From: an uncultured Actinomycetes bacterium
GTDB taxonomy: Bacteria > Actinomycetota > UBA4738 > HRBIN12
Assembly: GCA_963771385.1 (NCBI GenBank)
Contig: CAVYTE010000017.1
Span: 6,096-70,095, forward strand
DNA: 64,000 nucleotides
Direction: 5' to 3'
Made by a program: the position numbers and the translations under genes. Positions within the stretch are counted from its first letter, which is position 1; each line of letters opens with the position of its first letter. This document shows positions 30,984 to 40,829 of the stretch, one piece after another. The notes under the pieces are model-generated. The model saw nothing but the letters and a program-made list of their open reading frames with translations. It searched no databases and was not told the DNA's origin.

Positions 30984-31989
30984 GCGCGCGCCCCTTCGGT
31001 CCGTCGGTCCCGGTCCGTGCTGGGCTCACCGAACGAGAACGCGGCCACCGCCAACGCGAGCGCGCCGCCGGCGATCCAGGCGGCCGCCGCAACGGAGTCG
31101 CGGAGCCCGGCCACCCGTGCGCAGACGTACACGAGCGCGAGTTGCCCGGCCGTCAGGGCGGCGAGGGCCCACACGCGGCCGTCGGGCACGCGCGCCGAGG
31201 ACCCGCGAGCGGCCACGGGCGAGGGCGCGTCCGACCGGCTCGACCACGAGCATCCCGAGGCACGCGAGCCCGCCCACGATGGCGCTGTGTCGGGCGGCTC
31301 CACCCGCCCCGACGGTCCACGCCAGCAGCCCCACGGCGCCGAACGCCCCGGCGGTCCCGAGCGCGTTCATCGCCCGCGGCCACCCGACCGCTCCGGGGAG
31401 CGCGAGCGGCAGGGAGGCACCCAGGACGACGAGGGCCTGCTCCGTGTCGGGCACGGTGGCGTAGACGCCGAAGAGGCTGACCGCGAGCAGCACCGGCGCG
31501 GCTCCGACCCGCCGCCACCGTCGATCGAAGTCGCTCGCGAGCGGCCCTCCCACGACGATCCCCACTCCGAGCAGCACCTGGATCCATCCGATCCGCGGGA
31601 TCGGCTCCGCATGCACGACGAGCCATGCCCCCGGCATCGCGAGGACGGACCCCCACAGGACCGCCCCACCGGGCAGTCGACCGCGCGTCGACGACGAGAC
31701 GGCTCCGGCGCCGACGAGCGCGACGATCCCCCAGGTGAGCGTGTCCGGCACACCTTCGGTTCGCAGCAGCGCGACGAGTGGACGCCGCGACGAAGCACAC
31801 CCCGCCGAGCGGGACGACGACGTCGCGGCCGCCCCAGAGCATCGCGAGCGTTGCCGCGGCGACGACCGCGAGCGCGAGGGATCCGATCACCACCCCCGCC
31901 GCGAACCCCGGGTCACGGAGCGCGCTCACGATCGCGTTCGCGATCGCCGGCTCGAGGATCGTCTCGGTCATGGACGCCGCCCCCCGCAT
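30980..31989 (-). CDS. Hypothetical integral membrane protein; about two frame breaks
   Basis: 'MRGAASMTETILEPAIANAIVSALRDPGFAAGVVIGSLALAVVAAATLAMLWG' lies in the frame of ORF 31153..34245. The protein continues in ORF 31026..31751 ('WGIVALVGAGAV..IGWIQVLLGVGIVVGGPL') and ORF 30980..31303. I recognised no family. Confidence 0.4.
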
Positions 31990-33036
31990 CAGAACACCTC
32001 CACGTCGCCGAGGCAGAGCCCCCACGACCCGAGCCGCCTCGGGTCCGGCCGAAGGTCGGACCGCAGCGGATTCACCACGAAGGTGACGCCCGCGGGCGTG
32101 GGCACGAAGCCGCTCCGGTTGGCGGCGGTCCGGGCCTCGGAGCCCTCGGGGAAGTGACCGGTCACGTGGTCGACGGGCGCGGCCCGGATCACGCGGCGCA
32201 GCAACCGGGTCGCCGTGCCGACGTCCCCCGAGCCGACGATCACGTCGGCGAGGGTCGACTCCCACAGGGTGCCGCGAGCCCGGACCCGGAACACCGCGAG
32301 CCCCTCCAGGCGACCGCCTCGCTCCTCGCGAGCGACCCGGTACTCGAACCCGGGGGCCGATCCGTACCGCCACCGGAGGAACGCGTGATCGCGCGGGGTC
32401 GTCAGCCGCTCCGGGGGAGCGGCCGCCCGCTCCAAGAGGGCGTCCACCTCCTCGGCGGTTCCGAGCCATCCGGATGCGAGCGGCGCGTCTGCCTTCGGCG
32501 CGACGGTCGCGGCGGTGACCCCGGAGGCCTCGGCGTCGCGGAGCGACCGGAACCCTCGTCCGAACCGGATCGGGTTGCGCACCCGAACTCGGACAGGGAT
32601 CCGCCCGACGGGCTCCCAGCCCATCTTCAGGTACCCGGGGAGGCTCTTCTCGTTCGGCGTGTTGAACACGAGATCGACCTCTCCCTCGAGTGCGGCGAGC
32701 GCCGAGGTGGTGAGGCGGCGGAACACGCCGAGCCCCTGATGGTCGGGATCGGTCGCCGTGTCGACCGCACGGACCGCCTCGAGGGTGCGCCCGGCCGCTC
32801 GGAACCTCCAGCGCATGAAGGCCCGCAGGCCGATGATCCGGTCGTCGCGCTCCGCCACGAGCATGAAGGAGGGCCCGAAGGGGTTCTCCACGTGCTTCCA
32901 ACGGAAGAACTCGGGCGATCGCTGACCGAGCGGCCCGCCGCCGAGGGACCGGGCCAGCAGCTCGAGCACCCGCGGCTCGTCTTCCGGCGTGTACGGGCCG
33001 GACCTCGTAGCCCTCGATGCGCGCCGGCCGGCTCAT
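31989..33036 (-). CDS. Large GNAT/FemAB-like acyltransferase typical of EPS loci; one frame break
   Basis: ORF 31989..32969 contains 'FFRWKHVENPFGPSFMLVAERDDRIIGLRAFMRW' and 'DPDHQGLGVFRRLTTSAL..FNTPNEKSLPGYLKMGWEPVG'. The N-terminus 'MSRPARIEGYEVRP' starts at ATG 33036. There is an extra base in the run 32995..32997. Confidence 0.6.
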
Positions 33037-34134
33037 GCGGTGAGCTCCCCGTAGACCTCTTCCATGCGACGCACCGCGCGCCGGATGTCGAAGTCGGCCG
33101 CGCGTCGCCGCGCGGCCCCCCCGAAGGACGAACGGGTCTGCGGGTCCTCGAGCAGGCGGATGATCGCGTCGGCGAGCGCCCGCGGGGTCGGCGGCCGGAA
33201 CGACGAGCCCGTCCCGCTCGTCCGAGACCACCTCGGGGAGCCCGCCTACCCGGGTCACGACCGGAGGCTTCCCGAGCGCCATCGCCTCCAGCAGCGCGAT
33301 CGACAGCCCCTCCTGGAGCGAGGACAACACGAACACGTCGAAGGTCGAGGCGATCCGCAGGGCGTCCTCCCGGTAGCCGGCGAACACCACGGTACCGTCC
33401 AAGCCGAGCTTGCCTGCCTGCGCCCGGAGCGCCCCCTCTTCCGGGCCCTGGCCGACGAGCACGAAGCGCGTCTCCGGCACGGCGCGTCGGACGAGCGTCG
33501 CCGCATGCAGGAGATGCTGATGACCCTTGTGCCCCTTCAGGTTCCCGATCGTGCCGACGACCGGGGCACCGTCCGGGACACCGAGCTCCTCCAGGACGCC
33601 GTCCGCCGGCTCCACCCTCGAGAGCGCCTCCTGGTCCGGCCCGTGGTACAGGGTCTCGAGTGGAGGCATCGGCAGGAACCGCAGCGCGGCCGGGTACCGG
33701 GCGGAGCGACGCACGTGGTCGGAGACCGCGAAGACGTGGTCGTTGCGCGGGTAGGTGAAGAGGTTCGCCCAGCGGGTGGCGGGGTCGTAGCGAGGCCACA
33801 GGTTGTGCTCCGTGTAGACGAGCGGGAGCTTCCGTGGCAGCGCGACCCGGGCCCCCACCATCGCGTACGGCGAGTGTCCGTGGACCAGATCGATGTCCCG
33901 GTCGCGGACCAGGGCCCGGAGCTGGGCGACCCACCCCACTCCCCCGCCGTCTCCCAGACAGTGCGTCGTGACGCCGGCGGCCTCGATCTCGGGCACGAAC
34001 GCGTCCTTCCACGGCAACAGGTAGGCCACCTCGGGCTCGAAGCGCGAGCGATCCACGTGCCGGACGGACGTCGCGAGCAGGCGCTCGGCGCCGCCTCGCC
34101 CGAGTCCCTTGATGAGGAGCAGGATCCTGGTCAG
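33033..34134 (-). CDS. GT-B (GT4-type) glycosyltransferase; one frame break
   Basis: The frame of ORF 31153..34245 reads 'ILLLIKGLGRGGAERLL', 'GNLKGHKGHQHLL' and 'FVLSSLQEGLSIALLEAMALGKPPVVTRVGGLPEVV'. The last 50 aa were read by hand ('RALADAIIRLLEDPQTRSS..MEEVYGELTA', stop 33033..33035) after an extra base in the run 33184..33187. The start is uncertain: CTG 34134 lies 6 nt after GGAG, and ATG 34245 would overlap the divergent gene. Confidence 0.7.
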
Positions 34135-34232
34135 CGTTCGCTCCGTTCGGTCGGGCGCCCGGAATGCTTCCGGCCGGGCTTCGTTGACGGGTCGGGTATC
34201 GTAGGGCCCCCGAGCAGGCCCGCCCCGAACCG

Positions 34233-36098
34233 ATGACTCCTGCACACGGATCCCACATCCTCAGCCGTCGCTCCGTGCTGAAGTTCGCCGGTGCGACGAG
34301 CGTCTCGCTGATCGCGGCGAGCTGCGTCGAAGATCGCTCGGCGCCAGCATCCGGCGGCGCCCCCCGCGGCGACCCCGTGCCGCTGGGCCCGGATCCCCCC
34401 GATCCGAACGACGTCGTGGCGATCACTGAGGAGGTGGTCCTGCGGACCGACCTCCGCGTTGCCGGGGTGGTCGTCGAGCCGAGCGGTCATCTCATCTTCG
34501 ACCCGAACGCATCCGTCACGCTGGAGAGCTCGGGCAACGTCGTCGTTCGTGGCCGCCTGACGGTGCGGGCGGACGATCCCGCGGTCATCCACCGCATCGT
34601 CTTCCCGCAGGTCGGCGAGGAAGCGTTCGTGGGCGGGGGGCTGTACGTGCTCGACTCCGATGTCGGGCTCTGGGTGGTCGATGACGGCAGCATGGACCTG
34701 GCCGGCGCGGCCCGACTGCCCTGGACCCTCGCCGTCGGCGATGTCCCCGCCGGCGTCGACGCCATCGAGGTGCGGGATGACCCGGCGGGTTGGCAGGTCG
34801 GGGACGAGATCGTCCTGACTCCCACCACGCCGCCCACGACCGAGGGCCACGCCGAGGCCTACGACGTGCGCACGATCGCGTCGATCGAGGGACGCAAGAT
34901 CGGGTTGGCCGACCCGGTGACCCACGATCACCCCGCGATCGCATCGGCCCGAGAGACCTTCCCGCCCGCGGAGGTGCTCAACCTCACCCGGAACGTCCAG
35001 ATCGAGGGGACGCCCGAGGGCCGCGCCCACGTCTTCATCCGGTCCAACAGCCCCCAGTCGATCCGCCACGTCCAGATCCGTCATGTCGGCCCCCGCCGGC
35101 CGGCAGCGGACGCGACGGAGGCCGTCCTCGGGCGCTACGGCCTCCACTTCCACATGTCGCACGAGGGCAGTCGCGGGAGCCTCGTCGAGGGCGTCGTGGT
35201 TCGTGAGTGTGGCAACCATGCCTTCGTGCCGCACATGAGCAACGGCATCACCGTTCGCGACTGCGTCGCGCACGACGTGACCGAGGACGCCTACTGGTGG
35301 GATCCGATCGACACGACCGACGACCTGCTGCTCGAGCGGTGCGTCGCCTCGCTGGTGCGAAGCGATCCACCTGGGCGAGGGTACGCCCTCTCCGGGTTCC
35401 TGCTCGGCACGGGACGGAGCAACGTCGCGCGGAACTGCATCGCCGTCGGCGTGCAGGGGAACAGCACGGCTGGCGGCTTCACGTGGCCGGCGCGCCCGGT
35501 CCTGGCCGGCAAGTACCCGTGGACGTTCGAGGACTGCGCCGCGCACAACAACCGCGTGCTCGGAGCCTACGTCTGGCAGAACACGATCACGGCCCAGGAG
35601 GTGGTCGGCTTCCTGGCGTACCAGAACGGGGGCTCCGGGATCCTCCACGGTGCGTACCGCAACCCCTACCTCTATCGAGACTGCGTCCTGTACGCGAACG
35701 GGGTGTCGGAGCTCGAGGTCCTCGCGCAAGCGAGCGAGGCGAGCATCGAGAGCGTCACGTTCGATCGACTCGTGTTCGACGGCAACGGATTCCACGACTT
35801 CGCGGTCACGACGGGCCATCACGCGGTCGAGGCCGTGAAGCCGGTCCGCTTCGAGGGGTGCGAGTTCCGCGGGTACCGCAGGGCGGGGTTCGCCGTCGAT
35901 CCGGCACGAGACGGCGGCCAGCCCGACTGGTTCGAACTCGTGGACTGCGTGTACGAGGGGAACGAGTTCTGGATCGACTCCGCGGCGCACCCGGATGCTC
36001 GGATCCAGGTATCGGACGCGGAGCACGGCAGCATCACGCTCCGCCGGTTCGACCAGCCGGGCACCCCGGTTCCCGCCTGGAACGCAAGCGTCAGCTGA
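34233..36098 (+). CDS. Tat-secreted G8-domain / right-handed beta-helix protein (candidate polysaccharide-degrading or -modifying enzyme)
   Basis: 621-aa intact ORF. It has a twin-arginine signal ('SRRSVLKFAGATSVSLIAASC'), a G8-like N-terminal region, 'LGRYGLHFHMS' and repeated beta-helix-like segments ('NGITVRDCVAHD', 'NVARNCIAVG'). Confidence 0.6.
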   Translation: MTPAHGSHILSRRSVLKFAGATSVSLIAASCVEDRSAPASGGAPRGDPVPLGPDPPDPNDVVAITEEVVLRTDLRVAGVVVEPSGHLIFDPNASVTLESSGNVVVRGRLTVRADDPAVIHRIVFPQVGEEAFVGGGLYVLDSDVGLWVVDDGSMDLAGAARLPWTLAVGDVPAGVDAIEVRDDPAGWQVGDEIVLTPTTPPTTEGHAEAYDVRTIASIEGRKIGLADPVTHDHPAIASARETFPPAEVLNLTRNVQIEGTPEGRAHVFIRSNSPQSIRHVQIRHVGPRRPAADATEAVLGRYGLHFHMSHEGSRGSLVEGVVVRECGNHAFVPHMSNGITVRDCVAHDVTEDAYWWDPIDTTDDLLLERCVASLVRSDPPGRGYALSGFLLGTGRSNVARNCIAVGVQGNSTAGGFTWPARPVLAGKYPWTFEDCAAHNNRVLGAYVWQNTITAQEVVGFLAYQNGGSGILHGAYRNPYLYRDCVLYANGVSELEVLAQASEASIESVTFDRLVFDGNGFHDFAVTTGHHAVEAVKPVRFEGCEFRGYRRAGFAVDPARDGGQPDWFELVDCVYEGNEFWIDSAAHPDARIQVSDAEHGSITLRRFDQPGTPVPAWNASVS

Positions 36099-37230
36099 CG
36101 GTGACGTCGGCGCCCGGAGCGGACACGCCGGCGATCGTCCGGTAGACCTCCGCGTAGCGCCGGGCGATCGTCGCGATGTCGAACCGCCCGTGGATCTGCT
36201 CCGTCGCGGCCCGGCCCATCGTGGCGCGGAGCGCCGGATCCGTCACGAGGCGGAGGAGGCCATCGGCCAGCGCCGCGCGGTCGCCGGGTGGCGCGAGGAG
36301 GCCGGTGACGCCGTCCTGCACGACCTCGGCGACCCCACCGACGTCGTACGACGCGACCGGCAGACCGGCGATTCCCGCCTCGATCAGCACCGCCGGCATC
36401 CCTTCGGTTCGGCTCGACAGCACGAGGACGTCCGACGCCGCGAGCAAGTTGCCGACGTCGTCTCGCGGACCGAGCAGCCGGATGCGCTCCGCGTGGCGGC
36501 CGGATCGCATCGCCGATCCCACTCGGGATCGCAGCGGTCCGTTCCCGGCCAGGACGAGGGACGCTCCCGGCACGACGTCGAGCACGCGTTCGGCCACGTC
36601 GAGCAGCGCGAGCGGATCCTTCTCCCACGTCAGCGCTCCGACCGCGAGCAGGATCGGCGCGTCGAGCTCCACCCCCAGGGAGGCGCGTACCGCATCGCGG
36701 GACCTGGAGGCCCGGACGCGATCGGGGTCGACGCCGTTCGGCACGACGAGGGTGCGATCGAGCCGGACGCCGTAGATCTCGACGGTCTCGCTCCGAACCA
36801 CCTCGGACACGCCGATCACGAGATCGGCCCTGCGGATCAACCATCCGTACACGTGGCGCCTGGCGGCGTCGGTCACCCACGGGTGCGCGGACCCGATCCT
36901 GCGATACACGACCGGGACCCCCGAACCGAGCGCCCCGGGGATCGAGTACTTCAGCGCCTCCCCGCCGTGCGCCTGCACGACCTGCGGGCTCCATCCCCGG
37001 ACCAGCCGGCGTAGCGACCGGGCCCGCGCGATCCCGAACCTGCCCGGCCGGCCGCCGCCCAGCGCGTGGGTCGGCGCGTCGAAGCTCGCGACGATGCCCT
37101 CCGTCGCTCGAAGGACGGCCACACGTTGCTCGAACCCCTCGCTCCGCAGTGCCCGGACGAGGTCCACGGCGAACAGTTCCGCTCCGCGACGTTCGTTCGT
37201 CGCGACGACGTGCAGCACGCGACCCGACAT
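36091..37230 (-). CDS. GT-B (GT4-type) glycosyltransferase
   Basis: 379 aa at the tail of ORF 36091..38328: 'VLHVVATNERRGAELF', 'GALTWEKDPLALL' and 'LVLSSRTEGMPAVLIEAGIAGLPVASYDVGGVAEVV'. Intact. Confidence 0.8.
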   Translation of the reverse strand: MSGRVLHVVATNERRGAELFAVDLVRALRSEGFEQRVAVLRATEGIVASFDAPTHALGGGRPGRFGIARARSLRRLVRGWSPQVVQAHGGEALKYSIPGALGSGVPVVYRRIGSAHPWVTDAARRHVYGWLIRRADLVIGVSEVVRSETVEIYGVRLDRTLVVPNGVDPDRVRASRSRDAVRASLGVELDAPILLAVGALTWEKDPLALLDVAERVLDVVPGASLVLAGNGPLRSRVGSAMRSGRHAERIRLLGPRDDVGNLLAASDVLVLSSRTEGMPAVLIEAGIAGLPVASYDVGGVAEVVQDGVTGLLAPPGDRAALADGLLRLVTDPALRATMGRAATEQIHGRFDIATIARRYAEVYRTIAGVSAPGADVTVS

Positions 37231-37232
37231 CC

Positions 37233-38402
37233 CTAGCCCCGCGACCGGTGTCCGCGCGACGACGTCAGCCAACGGACGGGAACGAGCCACCGATGGAGGT
37301 AGGAGGTGTGCCGCCCCCCATCCCTCGCCTTCACGAACTCGCGGTCGGGGAGCACGAGGGCCCGCACGTACGCGGCCTTTGCCCCGAGCCCGGGGATCGC
37401 TCGAAGCGTCGACCGCGCGGTCCCTCCGCGGCTCCGCCGGTCGGTGAGGTACGCGTCCAACGCGCGCTGCTCGCGTGGGTCGATCTTCGCCTGGATGATC
37501 GAATGGGCGAGCGGCGGCGGTTCCACGCCGAGCACCGTCCGGGCCTCCTCCAGCGAGCGCCGAACCACGGCTCGAAGCCGCCATCGGTCGGCGAGCACGT
37601 CCAACTCCGCCCAGTCCACGTCTCCGATCGCCGCGATCTGGGCGACGTCGCGCAGCGGGACCAGCCGGACCCGGCGGGAGCCGAGGACCGCGTGCATGCA
37701 CGCGTGCAGGAACGCCCTCGTGTCGTCGAGCCGCCGGAAGGCCCGACCGCCGATCGAGAGCTCCGTGGTGCCCTCGAAGAGTCCCTCCGGCTCCATCCAG
37801 AGCCCGAACGGGCCGAGCACCAGGGTCCGGTGGAGATCGATCTGGACGCCGTCGGGACCGATATGGGTCGCGGCCTTGCCGAACCGCTCGTCGAAGCCCC
37901 GGCGTGGTTCCGGGAGCCGGCGTCGGAACCCGGCCGTCGCGAGCGCGATGCAGGCCGCTTGCCAGTCCGCCGTGCTGACGAGCAGATCGAGGTCGCCGAA
38001 CGATCGCCACGACGGATCGGGATAGAACGCGCGCGCCACGGCCGGGCCCTTCAGGACCAGGAACTCGATCCCGGCGTCCTGGAGCGAAGGGGTCACCTCG
38101 AGGAGGCGGCGCTCGAGCTGCAGCGCGACCGTCATCGCTCCGCGGTGCCGCTCGAGCAGTTGATCCGCGTCCGCCTCTGCGAGCGCCAGGGCGCCGGCCT
38201 CGAGCGCCGCGACGCCCAGGCCGGTCAGCCGCTGCGACCCGAGCCAGGCCATCGTCGCCGGCCACGCGTTGGACGCAACGGCGCGTTCGCCCGCCACGCT
38301 CCCCGGGACACCGAAGGCGGCGATCCACCGGGCCGTCGAGAGCGGGTCGGGCGCGGGCTCTCGCGTCGATCCGTCCGCCGCCAGATGCGCGGCCTCCGTC
38401 AT
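37233..38402 (-). CDS. Nucleotidyltransferase-family protein (PF14907 / NTP_transf_5-like)
   Basis: 389-aa intact ORF with 'IEFLVLKGPAVARAFYPDPSWRSFGDLDLLV' and 'IDLHRTL'. It is translationally coupled to the PqqD gene upstream and lies 3 nt from the GT start downstream. Confidence 0.6.
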   Translation of the reverse strand: MTEAAHLAADGSTREPAPDPLSTARWIAAFGVPGSVAGERAVASNAWPATMAWLGSQRLTGLGVAALEAGALALAEADADQLLERHRGAMTVALQLERRLLEVTPSLQDAGIEFLVLKGPAVARAFYPDPSWRSFGDLDLLVSTADWQAACIALATAGFRRRLPEPRRGFDERFGKAATHIGPDGVQIDLHRTLVLGPFGLWMEPEGLFEGTTELSIGGRAFRRLDDTRAFLHACMHAVLGSRRVRLVPLRDVAQIAAIGDVDWAELDVLADRWRLRAVVRRSLEEARTVLGVEPPPLAHSIIQAKIDPREQRALDAYLTDRRSRGGTARSTLRAIPGLGAKAAYVRALVLPDREFVKARDGGRHTSYLHRWLVPVRWLTSSRGHRSRG

Positions 38403-38677
38403 CGGGCGACCCGTTCCACCCAGCCTCGCCGCTGCAGCTCGTCCAGGAACGCCTCGACGTCTGCCAGCACGGCCCGCTCCTGCTGCCCGAAGGCCTCCGC
38501 GACGAGCCGGGTGACCTCCCCCGGTGCCCTCGGTACGTCGAGGACGTGCCAGACGGCGGCCGCCGTGCCCGAGAGCCGGTCGATGTCGGCGTGCCCCGCG
38601 GCCGTCAACAGGACGTCGCCTCCGACGTTGCGGACGAGCATGTCGGGGGATCGCCGCAGCTGGATCCGATCGCTCAC
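38399..38677 (-). CDS. PqqD-family protein (RRE-type peptide chaperone), copy 1
   Basis: 92 aa from GTG 38677 (overlaps the upstream stop, GTGA): 'RRSPDMLVRNVGGDVLLTAAGHADIDRLSGTAAAVWHVLDVPRAPGEVTRLVAEAFG..VEAFLDELQRRGWV'. Confidence 0.65.
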   Translation of the reverse strand: MSDRIQLRRSPDMLVRNVGGDVLLTAAGHADIDRLSGTAAAVWHVLDVPRAPGEVTRLVAEAFGQQERAVLADVEAFLDELQRRGWVERVAR

Positions 38678-39984
38678 AGCACCACGACGTTCGAGCGATG
38701 GTCCGGGCCGAAGGCGTTCCGCGCGTCGAAGACCACGCTCGCGTGGTTGGCGATCCAGTCGAGATCGTACGCCGCGTGCGGCGTCAGGATCGCGACGCAA
38801 TCGGCGGCCTCGACGGCGGGCCTCGAGAGCTCGGTCCGCGTCACGTGCAGACCGTTCACGCTGATGGTGTCCACGAAGGGGTCGTGGTACTCGATCACCG
38901 CACCGCGCCGATGCAGCTGGGCCATCACCCGGAGGGCCGGCGATTCGCGAACGTCGCCGACGTCGGCCTTGTACGACACGCCGAGCACGAGGATGCGTGC
39001 GTCCTTCACGGCCTTGCCCGCGTCGTTCAGGGCCTCACCGATCCGCTGCGCGACGTAGGTCGGCATCTGCGCGTTGATGTCCTGCGCCTGCTCGAGGATC
39101 CGGAACTGGTGGCCGGCGTCGCGCCGGATCTGCCACGAGAGGTAGGTCGGGTCGAGCGGGATGCAGTGCCCACCCACGCCGGGGCCCGGGTAGAAGGTCA
39201 TGAACCCGAAGGGTTTGGTCGAGGCGGCGTCCACGACCTCCCACACGTCGATCCCCACCTCGTGACACAGGATCGCGATCTCGTTCACGAACGCGATGTT
39301 CACGTGGCGGAAGGTGTTCTCCAGCAGCTTGCTGAGCTCCGCGGTTCGGCACGACGAGACCGGAACGACCTTGTCGACGAGCTGGCCGTAGAACAGGACG
39401 GCCACACCGGTCGATTCGGCGGACACCCCACCGACGATCTTCGGCGTGTTCCGCAGGTCGAACTCGTCGTTGCCCGGGTCGATCCGCTCCGGGGAGTACG
39501 CGAGGAGGAAGTCGCGTCCACCCTGCAGACCCGAGCGCTCCAGGATCGGCATGACGAGCTCCTCGGTCGTACCCGGGTACGTCGTCGACTCCAGGACGAC
39601 GAGCCCGCCGGGCTTGAGATGCTCGGCGACGGCCTCGGTCGCCTGCTCGACGTGGGTGAGATCCGGGGCGTGGTCCCGGACCGGCGTCGGGACGCAGATC
39701 AGGACGATGTCACAGTCCGAGATCACCTCGGGATCGGTCGTGAACTCGACCCGGCCGCTCGCCATGCCGGCCCGGTAGAGCTCCTCCCGGACACCCGCGA
39801 CCGAGAGCGTCCCCTGACGGAGGTCGGAGAGGCGTGCGTCATCGACGTCGATCCCGTACACGCTGAATCCGGCCTCCGCCGCGGCGCACGACAGCGAGAG
39901 GCCGACGTACCCTTGTCCGATCACGCCGATCCTCGCTTTGCGCGCGAGGATCCGGCGCCGGAGCAGCGCGGTCGTCTTGATGAT
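38674..39984 (-). CDS. UDP-sugar / nucleotide-sugar 6-dehydrogenase (UDP-glucose/GDP-mannose dehydrogenase family)
   Basis: ORF 38674..39924 contains 'GQGYVGLSL', 'AYSPERIDPG' and 'PGPGVGGHCIPLDP'. GTG 39924 would truncate Rossmann strand beta-1 ('RIGVIG' is encoded just upstream). GGAGG at 39988..39992 is followed by ATC ATC (39984, 39981). The start is therefore uncertain. Confidence 0.8.
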   Translation of the reverse strand: MIKTTALLRRRILARKARIGVIGQGYVGLSLSCAAAEAGFSVYGIDVDDARLSDLRQGTLSVAGVREELYRAGMASGRVEFTTDPEVISDCDIVLICVPTPVRDHAPDLTHVEQATEAVAEHLKPGGLVVLESTTYPGTTEELVMPILERSGLQGGRDFLLAYSPERIDPGNDEFDLRNTPKIVGGVSAESTGVAVLFYGQLVDKVVPVSSCRTAELSKLLENTFRHVNIAFVNEIAILCHEVGIDVWEVVDAASTKPFGFMTFYPGPGVGGHCIPLDPTYLSWQIRRDAGHQFRILEQAQDINAQMPTYVAQRIGEALNDAGKAVKDARILVLGVSYKADVGDVRESPALRVMAQLHRRGAVIEYHDPFVDTISVNGLHVTRTELSRPAVEAADCVAILTPHAAYDLDWIANHASVVFDARNAFGPDHRSNVVVL

Positions 39985-40040
39985 GGTCCTCCTTCAACCA
40001 GGGGGCCGGCGTGGGCGCCGGCACCGGATGGATGCTTCCG

Positions 40041-40829
40041 TTACGACTCTCGGTTCGCGAGCGGATCGGGCGTGGCCCGCCGGGCGCGACGGGGCGCGCC
40101 CCCCCGGAGGGCTCGTTTCATCCGTCGTTGCGCCAGGAACAACCGGTCGGGCACGCTGCGCGTGCGATCCCCGAACCGCTCCCGCACCTCCTCGAGATGG
40201 GTCATCGCGGGCGCGTACTCCTCGAGGTCGCGGCCGAAACCGGACACGTCGTCCGGCGACCAATGGTTGTGATGCAGGCAGACGGTCCACACGCCGGGCG
40301 GCTGCGGCTTGAACCTCCAGCTCTGCATCGGGACCCAGAACGTGCCGGCTCGATCCCGATACGGGGACAGGGCGAGCCCGTCGCTGACCACCTCGACCCC
40401 GCAGGCGAGCAGGGCCGCGACGGTCGACCGGTCGAACGCATGGTTCGGGGCTACCCAGGCCTCGGGGACGACCCCGTGCTCGCGGAAGATCGCCGTGCCG
40501 GCCCGCAGCTTCTCGAGCTGCTCCTCGTACGCCAGGCCGGCGAACTCGCTGCGTGCGTTCCAGCCGAACAGCCCCGGATCCTCCGACACGTAGAGGTGCT
40601 GGTACCCGTGCAGGGCGATCGCCCAGCCCCGCGCCTGCCAGTCACGAACCCGCTCCCAGAAATCCGCCGCCGCGGGCTCGAGCTCGAGCGACGGGTCTCG
40701 GTTGTCCGGGATGACGGCGAGGATCGGCCGCACGCCGGTCTCCACGAGCAGCCGTTCGACCTGCTCCCAGATCGTCCAGTTCATCGTCGGACACAGGTCG
40801 TCGAACCGCACGAGGTAGGTGGCCTTCAT
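40041..40829 (-). CDS. DUF2334-domain protein (polysaccharide-deacetylase-like fold)
   Basis: 262-aa intact ORF with 'YLVRFDDLCPTMNWTIWEQVERLLVETGVRPILAVIPDNRDPSL' and 'GWAIALHGYQH'. Confidence 0.65.
   Translation of the reverse strand: MKATYLVRFDDLCPTMNWTIWEQVERLLVETGVRPILAVIPDNRDPSLELEPAAADFWERVRDWQARGWAIALHGYQHLYVSEDPGLFGWNARSEFAGLAYEEQLEKLRAGTAIFREHGVVPEAWVAPNHAFDRSTVAALLACGVEVVSDGLALSPYRDRAGTFWVPMQSWRFKPQPPGVWTVCLHHNHWSPDDVSGFGRDLEEYAPAMTHLEEVRERFGDRTRSVPDRLFLAQRRMKRALRGGAPRRARRATPDPLANRES

Noticed and set aside
29811-33758. 1315-aa plus-strand ORF and the 1030-aa minus ORF 31153..34245, taken as single giant proteins
   Set aside because: The plus ORF is an Arg/Pro-rich antisense artefact. 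The minus ORF is a chimera: only segments of it are real (GT4-type transferase, the start of the FemAB-like GNAT, the start of a membrane protein), joined by out-of-frame read-through.
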